DNA of 64,000 bases, taken from Minisyncoccota bacterium (GTDB lineage: Bacteria > Patescibacteriota > Minisyncoccia > Phycocordibacterales > Phycocordibacteraceae). The stretch is from positions 3,687-67,686 of the forward strand of contig DASWNF010000014.1 of the NCBI GenBank assembly GCA_036399335.1, in the 5' to 3' direction. Positions 19,140 through 28,206 of the stretch are shown here, one piece after another (within the stretch, counting starts at the first letter, position 1; the number at the start of each line of letters is the position of its first letter). Below the pieces are notes generated by a model. That model was given only the letters and a program-made list of their open reading frames with translations. It ran no database searches and was not told where the DNA came from. The translations under genes were made by a program, and so were the position numbers.

Positions 19140-19925
19140 CTAGGCGTTTGCAAGGGTGTACGTGGTCCAGCGGCGCTCACCGGTACGGGTTACTTCCCCG
19201 CTCTCAACCAAGGCCTGTAGCTCGCGCTGTACCGTCTTCTCGCTCACGTCGCGGATCACGGTGGAGATATCCTTTATATAGGAAGGGCCCTTCGACTTAA
19301 GTATGGAGACGATTGCATCGCGACGGCTGTTCGTCTTGTCCGATACTTGTCCTTTAGGTTGTCTCGTAGCCGGCGCTGATTTAGGTGCAAGGACAGGCTT
19401 CGCGGTGCGCTCGGGGACCCGGCTCTCACGTGCGTTCTCGGAGGCCATATCCTTAGCCAGCATGGCGAGCGTCGGAGCCTCTTCGAGGAAGAGGCGCGGC
19501 GCCTCGTAGCTCGCGACTTCTTGGAGAAGCGTGTGCGCCTCGCGCGCAATAAGCTCGGCATTCATGCTCGAGAGAAGGCCGCTGCTCTCGGCAATGGAAA
19601 GGACGCTCGACAGGGCGAGGAGCTCGCGCGAGAGCTGGTCACGGGTCGAGCTCGGTGGCTCGATGGCCGCATCAACGAGTCCAACGGACACTTGGTCGAG
19701 GCGGTCGCGGAGCGCCGGCGAATGGCGGAAGGCCGGGGCGATGAGGTGGATGGCCTTGGCGAGACGTTCGGCCTTCTTATAGATATAGACGCGGCGTATG
19801 TCCTTGTCGAAGATATTGGAGAATATGCTCTTATCTAAGACAAACGTATCAAAGTCGCTCGCATTGCGCGTCGTGCGTACTTCCCTGTTTTGTCCTTTAT
19901 CTTGCATGTAATTCGTTTGAGACAC
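19140..19925 (-). CDS. hypothetical protein with C-terminal winged-helix DNA-binding domain
   Basis: 261 aa. C-terminus RDAIVSILKSKGPSYIKDISTVIRDVSEKTVQRELQALVESGEVTRTGERRWTTYTL is wHTH-like. Confidence 0.6.
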   Translation of the reverse strand: MSQTNYMQDKGQNREVRTTRNASDFDTFVLDKSIFSNIFDKDIRRVYIYKKAERLAKAIHLIAPAFRHSPALRDRLDQVSVGLVDAAIEPPSSTRDQLSRELLALSSVLSIAESSGLLSSMNAELIAREAHTLLQEVASYEAPRLFLEEAPTLAMLAKDMASENARESRVPERTAKPVLAPKSAPATRQPKGQVSDKTNSRRDAIVSILKSKGPSYIKDISTVIRDVSEKTVQRELQALVESGEVTRTGERRWTTYTLANA

Positions 19926-20068
19926 GTAAGGGACATACTATACTTCCGCACCCCTGCTGTCTATCGGTCGAGCTTTACCCGGTGTCCGAAACACCAAGCC
20001 ATGGTCGATAACCGTCCCGGCGCTGTTTATAAGCCGCGAGCCGAAGCGGATGCTAAAATGGTGGAGTA

Positions 20069-22270
20069 ATGGCAAAGAAGAAGAGTCGTAAGCGCGACGC
20101 AGAGAACTACAAAGCGGTCATGAAATGGACCGCCTCTATTCTTTGTATTGCGCTCGGCCTTATCCTCGCGCTCGGTGCGGTCGGCACGATTAGCGGTGTC
20201 ATGCTCGCCGGCGACATCGGCAATCTCACCTTCCTCTCGGCTTGGCATGGCCTTGGCATGGGTGCCCTCCTCTTGCCGGTACTCATCGTCATGGTCGGCC
20301 TCAGCATCCTCCTCGACCGTTCCTTTATAGAACCGTTCACGGGCTTCGGCATCGCGCTCATCGTCGTCTCCCTCATCACCCTCCTCGGGACGGTAACGGA
20401 GACGTTCGGGGGCGCGGCCGGCAGCTTCCTCGGCGGGCAGCTCGTCACCCTCTTTGGCTTCGGCGGTGCGTTCATACTCCTTCTCGCGCTCATCCTCGTC
20501 GGCCTCGGTATCGTCACCGACATCAAGGCGCTCTGGGATCGCTTCCTCGCCATGACGGGCAGCGCGCGCGACCGCCTCGGGAATATTGAAATTGCCCTCC
20601 CTGCACGGAAGGCCAAGGGAACGGTAGAGGAAGAGCCGGAAGAAGATGAGGAGGAGGTCGAAGAATACGAAGAGGAAGAAGAGGCCGCACCCGCGCCTTC
20701 AAAGGAACCGACAGTGACCGTCTTTAGCGAGAACAAGTCGGGAACCTCGGGAGATGCACCCGTCATCCCTAATTTTGATGCCGAGTATAAGGCCCCTCCC
20801 CTCGCGCTCCTTGGGATAGATAAGGGTAAGCCGGGCGTCGGCGACATCAAGGCAAATGCCAACATCATCAAGCGCACCTTCCTTAACTTCGGCATCTCCG
20901 TAGAGATGGATGAAGTCTCGGTCGGGCCTACCGTTACCCGCTATGCCATTAAACCGGCTGAGGGCGTACGCCTCTCGAAGATAATCTCGCTCCAGAACAA
21001 CCTCGAGCTCGCCCTTGCCGCGCACCCGGTGCGCATTGAAGCCCCTATCCCGGGGAAGTCTCTCGTCGGCATCGAGGTACCGAACGCCTCGAAGGCCATG
21101 GTGGGTCTTGGCGGCGTCCTCTCTGCCCCAGAATGGAACTCAAGCACTAAGCCCATCCTTGCCGGCCTTGGCCGTGATATCACCGGCACGCCGCACTACG
21201 TCAACATCGCAAAGATGCCGCACGGCCTCATTGCGGGTGCTACAGGCTCGGGTAAGTCGGTCGCCATCCACGCCGTCATCACTTCCCTTCTCTACCGGAA
21301 CGGCCCGAACCAGCTCCGCTTCATCATGATTGACCCGAAGCGCGTCGAGCTTACCCTCTATAACGGCATCCCCCACCTCCTCACCCCCGTCATCACCGAC
21401 CCCAAGAAGGCCATCATGTCCCTTAAGTGGGCGGCCAAAGAGATGGATCGCCGGTATAACATCCTCGAGTCGGAGCAGGTACGCGATATCGACTCGTACC
21501 ATCGCACCGTCTTTGAGCCGGCTAAGAAGAAAGGCCAGGGCAAGACGGCTGCCGAGCTTCCTGAAGCGATGCCGTATATCGTCATCGTCATCGACGAGCT
21601 CGCCGACATCATGCAGACGTACCCGCGCGAGCTTGAGGCCTCAATCGTGCGCCTCGCGCAGATGTCCCGCGCCGTGGGCATTCACCTCGTCCTTTCTACC
21701 CAGCGCCCGTCCGTGAACGTCATTACCGGCCTCATCAAGGCGAACGTGCCTACCCGTATGGCGCTCCAGGTGGCGAGCCAGATCGATTCGCGCACCATCC
21801 TCGACGGATCGGGAGCAGAGTCGCTCCTCGGCGCCGGCGACATGCTCTACCTCTCAAGCGACATGCAAAAGCCCGTCCGCATCCAGACGGCATATATCGC
21901 CGAGGGTGAGGTGAAGAAAATCGTCGAATACATAAAGAAGAACAACGCGGGTTCGCTCGGTTCGCTCGACCTTGGCGGCCCGAACGGCGGCTCCCCTCCC
22001 GAGCCGAACGATGCCATGAGTTTCGCCATGGACGACGACTCTGACGACGACCTCTATCAGGATGCAAAGGCAGCCGTCGAGGAAGCCGGACGCGCGTCGA
22101 CCTCATACCTCCAGCGGAAGCTCCGCATCGGGTATTCACGCGCCGCCCGCCTCATGGATATCCTCGAGGAAAAGGGTGTCATCGGTCCTGCCGACGGCTC
22201 CCGCCCGCGCGACATCCTCACCACGGGCGCCGGACCCTCCTCACAGGACGAAGAAGAAGAGACCTATTAG
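20069..22270 (+). CDS. ftsK: DNA translocase FtsK/SpoIIIE
   Basis: N-terminal TM segments, acidic linker, Walker A GATGSGKSVAIHAV, Walker B IVIVIDELAD, and a C-terminal gamma wHTH (YQDAKAAVEEAGRASTSYLQRKLRIGYSRAARLMDILEEKGVIGP). Confidence 0.93.
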   Translation: MAKKKSRKRDAENYKAVMKWTASILCIALGLILALGAVGTISGVMLAGDIGNLTFLSAWHGLGMGALLLPVLIVMVGLSILLDRSFIEPFTGFGIALIVVSLITLLGTVTETFGGAAGSFLGGQLVTLFGFGGAFILLLALILVGLGIVTDIKALWDRFLAMTGSARDRLGNIEIALPARKAKGTVEEEPEEDEEEVEEYEEEEEAAPAPSKEPTVTVFSENKSGTSGDAPVIPNFDAEYKAPPLALLGIDKGKPGVGDIKANANIIKRTFLNFGISVEMDEVSVGPTVTRYAIKPAEGVRLSKIISLQNNLELALAAHPVRIEAPIPGKSLVGIEVPNASKAMVGLGGVLSAPEWNSSTKPILAGLGRDITGTPHYVNIAKMPHGLIAGATGSGKSVAIHAVITSLLYRNGPNQLRFIMIDPKRVELTLYNGIPHLLTPVITDPKKAIMSLKWAAKEMDRRYNILESEQVRDIDSYHRTVFEPAKKKGQGKTAAELPEAMPYIVIVIDELADIMQTYPRELEASIVRLAQMSRAVGIHLVLSTQRPSVNVITGLIKANVPTRMALQVASQIDSRTILDGSGAESLLGAGDMLYLSSDMQKPVRIQTAYIAEGEVKKIVEYIKKNNAGSLGSLDLGGPNGGSPPEPNDAMSFAMDDDSDDDLYQDAKAAVEEAGRASTSYLQRKLRIGYSRAARLMDILEEKGVIGPADGSRPRDILTTGAGPSSQDEEEETY

Positions 22271-22294
22271 CTTCTACCTCTTACCACTCGCTCT

Positions 22295-22324
22295 GGACAA
22301 AGCCGCCTAAGGGCGGCTTTGTCC
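22295..22324 (+). terminator. hairpin after ftsK (weak T-tract)
   Basis: ggacaaagccgcctaagggcggctttgtcc. Confidence 0.45.
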
Positions 22325-22421
22325 GTTCCCCGGTTCTCAAACGAGGGTTACCACCTGACGAGCCTACACTCATGCTATAGTCCGTCCGGACACTGGGTCC
22401 CTACCCTTCAGGAGAAGTGCC

Positions 22422-22928
22422 GTGATTGTAAATATAGTTCAAGGGGACATCCTCTCCCCGGACAACACATGCGACATCATCGTCGGGATGAATACCGACT
22501 TCAAGGATGTCCGGGGCATCGCCACGCGGTTCGTCGCCAACATCATGCCGGATATGGCTCCCGAGCTGGGGTCGGTCATCAGCTTCGACTTTGACGGAAA
22601 GCGAAAGCTGCACCTGATCATCTGCCACGAGATCGGCGAAGGTGGCTGGAAGAACGCGGATAAGTACGTCCGCTTCGGCATGGACTACCTGGACCACCTG
22701 ACCGACGATCGGCAGCATTCTATCGTGCAGATCGGCACCGGCCGGGTAGGCAGGCGCGACGGGGCCGATGCCCCGGCAATTATTACCGCCATGGCCCAAA
22801 GCTTCCTGCCGGTCACCTTATACATCTACGACGGCGTCCCGATGGAAGCTGTTTTGGAGAATCGCATGCCCCTCAGGACCTTGTTCGCTTGGAGCCCCAC
22901 CAGCGGCATGGCTCGTATCGCTGCGTAA
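22422..22928 (+). CDS. divergent macro-domain protein (ADP-ribose-binding/hydrolase fold)
   Basis: GTG start with AGGAG 8 nt upstream. IVNIVQGDIL...CDIIVGMNTD...GSVISF...HLIICHEIGEGGW...IVQIGTGRVG aligns with macro-domain strands (E. coli YmdB VVQGDIT / DVIVNAAN / VITLAGDL / VVHTVGPVW / AFPAISTGVYG). The NAAN...GGGV motif is replaced. Confidence 0.6.
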   Translation: MIVNIVQGDILSPDNTCDIIVGMNTDFKDVRGIATRFVANIMPDMAPELGSVISFDFDGKRKLHLIICHEIGEGGWKNADKYVRFGMDYLDHLTDDRQHSIVQIGTGRVGRRDGADAPAIITAMAQSFLPVTLYIYDGVPMEAVLENRMPLRTLFAWSPTSGMARIAA

Positions 22929-23073
22929 GGACACGGCACTCACTGCCCTTCCCCAAAACCAGACGCCCCTCCGCTACGCACGGAGGGGCGTTTTTCTTTA
23001 CGTTGGTATGCGGAATGGAACTTAAAGCTACTCCTTTTGCTTCAAGATGCCTGTCGCATAAACATCATTGTAT

Positions 23074-23108
23074 AAAAATGAGGAGGCAGTTTCCTGCCTC
23101 CTCTTATT
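23074..23108. terminator. bidirectional terminator between convergent genes
   Basis: aaaaatgaggaggcagtttcctgcctcctcttatt. Confidence 0.75.
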
Positions 23109-23111
23109 AAG

Positions 23112-23594
23112 CTACTCGATGTCGCCATAGTCCCACATGAACAGGAAGCGGAAGTCCCCGGGCCAGAACGCGGAATTGTCTCCAGACTCGCGCCCGCGAA
23201 GCCATAGGTAGTCACCGTCATTATGCAGGCTGAAGCGGTATGGGCGGCGACCAGGGCCTATCATGGGGCTGTGCACAATGCCTACAACATCCCTCACGGC
23301 CTGCTCCGTATATCCTCGCCTAAGCGGCGAGATGAGTTTCTTTGGCACCGCGCCGAGGCCCCTCTGCCGAGCTGACCGGTAGATAGTCCCCCACTCGGCC
23401 CCGTGTTCGTGCCCGAGCGCTGCAGGGGTCGCGATCACGAATTCCAGGCATGCGGGTTTCAGGGAAGCGCGGACCAGGAGCAGAAGCTTCGGAGCCCAGT
23501 CGCCTAACCGGAACCTTCCGGTGTTGAGTTCGCTCCTGCCTTCGCGCCCCAGGGGCGCCAGGTCGAGACTTTGTCTAAGTAGCATCTCACGCAC
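23112..23594 (-). CDS. hypothetical protein (160 aa)
   Basis: Coherent ORF convergent with the macro-domain gene. No motif I can assign. Confidence 0.5.
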   Translation of the reverse strand: MREMLLRQSLDLAPLGREGRSELNTGRFRLGDWAPKLLLLVRASLKPACLEFVIATPAALGHEHGAEWGTIYRSARQRGLGAVPKKLISPLRRGYTEQAVRDVVGIVHSPMIGPGRRPYRFSLHNDGDYLWLRGRESGDNSAFWPGDFRFLFMWDYGDIE

Positions 23595-23729
23595 CTCCTG
23601 TGCTGTTTCTGGTCAGATACTACAGGGTCTGGCTAAAAAGTCATCTTGTACGCGACAGTGCGGCAAAAGAATGTTGGAACAATTTTGACAACCTCGTCCT
23701 ACGGGCGTATTTTTTCACTGGCAAGCAAC

Positions 23730-24038
23730 ATGAGGAGAGTCGCCATGCTGCCTTACGTGGTAATCGCCATTCTTATAGCCTCGGCCCTGATTTTTCGCAT
23801 CCTGGCTCATAGGAGCAAAAGGATGGAAGCACGGATCGTGAGGCTCCCCGGGTCTGAAAAATATACCCTCCAGACACGGGAGTCGTCCTTCAATTTCAGG
23901 CTCCCGCGCTCGGAGTGGCAAACCTTCATCGCTAACGGGACCCCGCTCGAAGGAGATGGCCTCATTGAAGTCGCACAGCAGTTTGAGCCCCACTGCCCTC
24001 GTGGAATTGCCGTGCCGATAAGGCTCTGTGGCGACTAA
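23730..24038 (+). CDS. hypothetical small membrane-anchored protein (103 aa)
   Basis: MRRVAMLPYVVIAILIASALIFRILAHRSKRMEARIV is an N-terminal TM. Start chosen at the internal ATG. Confidence 0.5.
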   Translation: MRRVAMLPYVVIAILIASALIFRILAHRSKRMEARIVRLPGSEKYTLQTRESSFNFRLPRSEWQTFIANGTPLEGDGLIEVAQQFEPHCPRGIAVPIRLCGD

Positions 24039-24134
24039 CGCCACTACACCCCCAGCTAAATCTGGGGGTGTCTGTTTTTGTTGCGCCCTTGGAGGCGCCA
24101 CAACACTGCTATGCAACTGCGCTACTATGAAATC

Positions 24135-24599
24135 ATGAGCAAACAGCAGCCGGACAAGGCCTTCCCTCCTAACCATTCCCTGCAAGCATTCGCGCCCGTC
24201 ATTGGGGAATGGAAGACTGCCGGAACCCACGGGATGATACCCGACACGCCGCTCCACGGTCACACCTCATTTAGCTGGCATGAGTCAGGGGCATTCATAG
24301 TCATGCAGTCATCTATCAACGAAGATGTCGGTATCCCTCATGGCCTGGCGATACTGGCGAGTGACGATGCGTTAGGCACATTCGCCATGGCGTATTACGA
24401 CGAACGAGGTGTTTCGCGGCACTACCACCTGAGCATCCAGGACAATGTAGTGAAGTGGTGGCGCGAACAGCCTAGCGTGTCTCAACGCTACTCGCTTACG
24501 ATTTCCGAGGACGGGCACACCTTAACCGGAAAGGGTGAGATTTCTAAGGACGGGATAACCTGGGAACAAGACCTTAATCTGGTCTACTCGAAGGTATAA
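24135..24599 (+). CDS. hypothetical protein (beta-rich, 154 aa)
   Basis: Start chosen at MSKQQPDKAF. No confident family assignment. Confidence 0.5.
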   Translation: MSKQQPDKAFPPNHSLQAFAPVIGEWKTAGTHGMIPDTPLHGHTSFSWHESGAFIVMQSSINEDVGIPHGLAILASDDALGTFAMAYYDERGVSRHYHLSIQDNVVKWWREQPSVSQRYSLTISEDGHTLTGKGEISKDGITWEQDLNLVYSKV

Positions 24600-24620
24600 A
24601 TCGTATTTTGGAATCAAATT

Positions 24621-25313
24621 CTACTTTCTAATCCTTTTATGTTCGAATACTAGGTCGAGTTTCGATAAGTCCGCTATTTCGTAGCCTCGAGACCGTATAT
24701 TGCTAATGAGTGTCGACAGCATGCGTACCGTCCTGGCTGCCCTGGTTTGTAAGTCAGGGTCTTTTTCACTTCCGTCGTGCATGTTAATGATTGCGCCGTT
24801 ATGCAGCTGCACATTCACTTTGGCGAGCATGAGCGGCACGGGCATGGGCGTAAACCAGTCATGGGTAACGATTGAACAATCCATAACAACGACCTCTTTC
24901 TTCAAGATTTGTTCCCGTAGCGGTGGTTCAAAGAACTCTTTAGTCCTGAGCACCCCGTTATCGATGGCGCCATACCTAAGCTGCGGAACCCTGACATACC
25001 GGACAGGGAGTCCGGTAATACGCTCTATCGATTCATTCCCGAGCAGGAATTCATGGAAAGGCTCCTTCTGCGACGTCCCGCCATGCTTATGGCTATGCCC
25101 GCCAATCGTGTGCCCTTCCGCCTGGATGCGCCGCACGATTTCCGGGTACTGGTCTGCGCGCCTTCCTATGAGGAAGAATGTCGCTGTACAACCTTCCTGC
25201 TTGAGGATATCGAGTATTTGGGGAGTGGCGTACGGGTTTGGCCCGTCGTCAAAAGTGAGGGCGACGTTACGTTCCTGTGGGCTGCCTTTCTTTACTATAG
25301 GCAAGGTTTCCAT
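24621..25313 (-). CDS. polysaccharide deacetylase family protein (CE4/NodB homology)
   Basis: VALTFDDGPNPYATPQILDILKQEGCTATFFLIG plus His motifs HTIGGHSHKH. Start moved to METLPIVKKG. Confidence 0.85.
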   Translation of the reverse strand: METLPIVKKGSPQERNVALTFDDGPNPYATPQILDILKQEGCTATFFLIGRRADQYPEIVRRIQAEGHTIGGHSHKHGGTSQKEPFHEFLLGNESIERITGLPVRYVRVPQLRYGAIDNGVLRTKEFFEPPLREQILKKEVVVMDCSIVTHDWFTPMPVPLMLAKVNVQLHNGAIINMHDGSEKDPDLQTRAARTVRMLSTLISNIRSRGYEIADLSKLDLVFEHKRIRK

Positions 25314-25357
25314 GCCATAAGTGTACGTTATTGCTGACACGGACGTTGTGGAACTTC

Positions 25358-25861
25358 TTAAATAGGTGCACCTGAGGGAGTGTGCGTGAGCCCTTCTTCC
25401 AACCACTCGATTGGATATTCTTTTACTTCGATTCCGAGCTTAGATCCGACTTCTCTTTCCCACCTCGTGCCTATGGAACTCTCCCAGCCTGGCAAGAACA
25501 TAAATGCGTCAATGTACCCCGCTTCAAAAACACGCTGGTAAAAACGCTCGAGAATATCCATGCCGTACTCTTCCGAACCTTCCTTGTAATTACTGAGGCG
25601 AATGATGGCTTCCTGGAACGCGACTTGGTTGAATACCGTGATTCCCTTCGCTATGGCAATGTCCACCGCCCGCTGAAAACGCTGCATATTTTCTCGGAGG
25701 CTCCCCAGGCCTCCAGTGGACATCGGCCCACAAATTTGAACTATGGGCTGTCCTAAATCTCTCATGCGGGCAAGTATGGCAATGGCAATATCTGCCGCCT
25801 CCTCGTATGAATTCGCTTCCTTAAGCGCCTCCCGTTCTATCTCGGTCCAGTATTCATCCAT
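25358..25861 (-). CDS. nucleoside 2-deoxyribosyltransferase-like protein (DUF4406-like)
   Basis: PIVQICGPMSTGGLGSLRENMQRFQRAVDIAIAKGITVFNQV matches the ICGPM...N..F..A......G..VFNP pattern of DUF4406/NDT-like Rossmann proteins. Confidence 0.55.
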   Translation of the reverse strand: MDEYWTEIEREALKEANSYEEAADIAIAILARMRDLGQPIVQICGPMSTGGLGSLRENMQRFQRAVDIAIAKGITVFNQVAFQEAIIRLSNYKEGSEEYGMDILERFYQRVFEAGYIDAFMFLPGWESSIGTRWEREVGSKLGIEVKEYPIEWLEEGLTHTPSGAPI

Positions 25862-25896
25862 GCGTAAAGCATAGCAGCACCCGGCAGCTCTATTGC

Positions 25897-26319
25897 TTAT
25901 GAAAACTCCGGGATATCGAAGTTCTGGTAGTCGATGCCTTCGCGTACAAATACTTCCGATAAGTCCTTGGCATGATTGATCGAAGGATGTAATTGCATCA
26001 AAGAGCGTTTTGAGTGGCCGCCGATGATATATATTCTTACCGAGTTAGCGGCCTCACTGCGTGCGAGCATGACGCCGAGTTCGACGAACATGTCTGTTCC
26101 TCCCGGGTCACTAATGAGCACGAAAACATCAGTGGTGAGTACGGACTCCACTACCTGCGTAGCGAGGGCCTGAACGCGATTGAGGTTCTCTTCGTAAGGC
26201 TTCAAGCTATCCTGATACACCCAGTCGGCAGAAAACGTATGGCCCGTAGCTTTTAAGAATTCCGCCACCTGGAGCAGCTTCGGCTGATGACGAACGCGGG
26301 AGGCGAAATACCAATTCAT
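25897..26319 (-). CDS. nucleoside 2-deoxyribosyltransferase-like protein
   Basis: VFVLISDPGGTDMFVELGVMLARSEAANSVRIYIIGG matches the NDT D-x-G-T-x-FE-x-G motif, including the catalytic Glu context. Confidence 0.6.
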   Translation of the reverse strand: MNWYFASRVRHQPKLLQVAEFLKATGHTFSADWVYQDSLKPYEENLNRVQALATQVVESVLTTDVFVLISDPGGTDMFVELGVMLARSEAANSVRIYIIGGHSKRSLMQLHPSINHAKDLSEVFVREGIDYQNFDIPEFS

Positions 26320-26390
26320 GGAGGAATTCTACACCCACCTATTCATCTGCATAGGTATGAGGAATCAATTCCCGCAACTACTGCTCGACT

Positions 26391-26420
26391 CTGGAACGAC
26401 GTTAGAAATTCTCATACAGT
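26391..26420. repeat. conserved ~30-bp intergenic motif, copy a (divergent variant)
   Basis: tgctcgactctggaacgacgttagaaattc. Lies between divergent starts 26319(-) and 26457(+). Confidence 0.6.
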
Positions 26421-26456
26421 TATGTTAGGTTCTAGATTGGACAGAAGGAGGCCGGA

Positions 26457-26666
26457 ATGAGCAGAATATTAAACTTGGTTGCAGAAGATGAAGCCGTGCG
26501 GGTTATCGACGAACTCAAGGGAAGATTCGGGGTCAAAGAGGATGCGGAAGTCCTTCGGAAATCGCTCGCGGTTGCCAAATTCGCTTCCGAGCACACCGAT
26601 TCCGAAGGTACCCTTACCGTTCTCGGCGCCGACGGCTCTCAGCACAAGCTGAGCATCACGACCTGA
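26457..26666 (+). CDS. hypothetical small protein (69 aa)
   Basis: AAGGAGG 7 nt upstream of ATG. Followed by a hairpin and T7 terminator. Confidence 0.7.
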   Translation: MSRILNLVAEDEAVRVIDELKGRFGVKEDAEVLRKSLAVAKFASEHTDSEGTLTVLGADGSQHKLSITT

Positions 26667-26685
26667 TCGGCACACGCCGCCACGA

Positions 26686-26727
26686 CAGAAAGCCGTTGCT
26701 TTCTCTTGTGACGGCTTTTTTTATTGC
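26686..26727 (+). terminator. rho-independent terminator
   Basis: agaaagccgttgctttct stem then gacggcttttttt. Confidence 0.65.
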
Positions 26728-26750
26728 TGTGCTCTGGGACGATGTTGGAA
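26715..26750. repeat. conserved ~30-bp intergenic motif, copy b
   Basis: ttattgctgtgctctgggacgatgttggaac. Its right edge sits 3 nt from the TAA stop (26754..26756) of the 79-aa gene. Confidence 0.7.
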
Positions 26751-26753
26751 CTT

Positions 26754-26993
26754 TTATGGCCAGAGACCAGCCGAGGTAAACGGGAGGGATTCGTTTGTAA
26801 GGTCCTGAAACTTGCTACTTACTAGATACGCGAGAAGTCCGGCGAAACCAGGAATCGCGGTCAGCTGCATTATGGCCTTGGCACTTTGGTTATCAAGGAA
26901 AAAATAGGAAAAGGTAGAAAATCCGAATAGGGCTAGCGCAATTACCCATACTGACGTAACTAGGCCCATGAGGACTTTTGGGACAATATTCAT
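26754..26993 (-). CDS. hypothetical small membrane protein (79 aa, 2 TM)
   Basis: MNIVPKVLMGLVTSVWVIALALFGFSTFSYFFL.... TATACT-N7-ATG lies upstream. Confidence 0.65.
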   Translation of the reverse strand: MNIVPKVLMGLVTSVWVIALALFGFSTFSYFFLDNQSAKAIMQLTAIPGFAGLLAYLVSSKFQDLTNESLPFTSAGLWP

Positions 26994-27025
26994 TGCTCTA
27001 AGTATAGCGTTACTGCCTACACATG

Positions 27026-27051
27026 GCTGGGGTGTGGGACGACGTTAGAAC
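27026..27051. repeat. conserved ~30-bp intergenic motif, copy c (variant)
   Basis: gctggggtgtgggacgacgttagaac. Abuts the SDR gene stop at 27054. Confidence 0.6.
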
Positions 27052-27053
27052 TT

Positions 27054-27725
27054 TTACCACTGGAATTTCTCCCCATTAAACCAGAACTGGCCTGTTTCCA
27101 CGTCAGAGGTGGCCAGCTTGAAGATGGGCTCTGCAGCCTCCTCTGGGCTCAGGTCAGCATCATCGCCTCCCATATCAGTCCTCACCCAGCCGGGATGTAC
27201 TGATGAGACAATTATCCCCTTCCCTTCCAGCTGGAATGAGAGGACACGGGTAAACATATTTAGGGCGGCTTTAGAAATTTTGTAGTCTGGGTAATTTGCG
27301 TGGTGCGCATGACCAAGCGAGCCAGCCCTCGAAGAGACGTTAACGATATGGCCTGACTCGCTTATGAGTGGAAGGACCCTCTGAGTGAAGTCGATTGTCC
27401 CGATGAGATTAACCTCAAGCGTTTGTCGTAGCCAATCTATGCGTACCTCGTTAGGAGATTCTTCCTCGCTCTCATCTCCCGCCCAGATTCCTGCGTTGTT
27501 TATTAGAATATCTATCTTTTTTCCTAAGGCAGTGATCTCGTTAGAACATTCTTTGATACTTCCTGGTGACGCCAGATCAAGTTGTACGGATGCAAGATTC
27601 TCGTTCTCATATGAGAGCTTGCCGCCTGTTGAAGTGCCGATTACGAAGTATCCCTCGTTGAGGAACTTTTTTGCCAATGCCCTACCAATTCCTCTGCTTG
27701 CACCTGTTATAAGCGCGGTTTTCAT
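27054..27725 (-). CDS. short-chain dehydrogenase/reductase (SDR) family oxidoreductase
   Basis: MKTALITGASRGIGRALAKKF (TGxxxGIG), NNAG and YxxxK (YKISKAALN) motifs. The track start at 27731 is a TTG; the ATG at 27725 is preferred. Confidence 0.88.
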   Translation of the reverse strand: MKTALITGASRGIGRALAKKFLNEGYFVIGTSTGGKLSYENENLASVQLDLASPGSIKECSNEITALGKKIDILINNAGIWAGDESEEESPNEVRIDWLRQTLEVNLIGTIDFTQRVLPLISESGHIVNVSSRAGSLGHAHHANYPDYKISKAALNMFTRVLSFQLEGKGIIVSSVHPGWVRTDMGGDDADLSPEEAAEPIFKLATSDVETGQFWFNGEKFQW

Positions 27726-27743
27726 ACACAAAGCTTATCAGAT

Positions 27744-27771
27744 ATTGCTGGGCTCTGGGACATGTTGGAAC
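27744..27771. repeat. conserved ~30-bp intergenic motif, copy d
   Basis: attgctgggctctgggacatgttggaac. It is 5 nt from the TAA stop at 27777 and ~20 nt upstream of the SDR start. Confidence 0.7.
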
Positions 27772-27776
27772 TGTAT

Positions 27777-28148
27777 TTATGTGCCCGGTCGCAAGTGTTC
27801 CCACCACAAATAAAAAATAGCGACAGCTGCAATTGGAATGGATGTCCAGGGCGCAATTGTGTTCCAGAACAGCCATCCACAAAAAAGAAAGGCGGGGATG
27901 AAAACCAAAGGACTTCTGAAGGCGTGATAGCTGTTCGGTCGAAAAAGCGAGTACGAGGGCTTACCGTTACGATTCCACCACCATAAGTCGATTCCCATTA
28001 CGACGCTAAAGTACCCCACTAAGAAATAAATATTCCAGGAGTCACTTACCGTGAATAAAATAGCAATTGGAATAGCGATGTATATGATGACACCAAGCAG
28101 CGCATGCAAAACAGTCTTTACATCAAGAATCGCAAGCATTCGTTCCAT
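27777..28148 (-). CDS. hypothetical membrane protein (123 aa, 4 TM, Trp-rich)
   Basis: Hydrophobic segments. TGCTAGACT-N8-ATG lies upstream. Confidence 0.65.
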   Translation of the reverse strand: MERMLAILDVKTVLHALLGVIIYIAIPIAILFTVSDSWNIYFLVGYFSVVMGIDLWWWNRNGKPSYSLFRPNSYHAFRSPLVFIPAFLFCGWLFWNTIAPWTSIPIAAVAIFYLWWEHLRPGT

Positions 28149-28177
28149 GACTAGAGTCTAGCAGCTTGAAGGCGATT

Positions 28178-28206
28178 TTGTTGGCAGTCTGGGACGTTGT
28201 TGGAAC
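28178..28206. repeat. conserved ~30-bp intergenic motif, copy e
   Basis: tttgttggcagtctgggacgttgttggaac. It directly abuts the TAA stop (28207..28209) of the HD gene. Confidence 0.7.
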
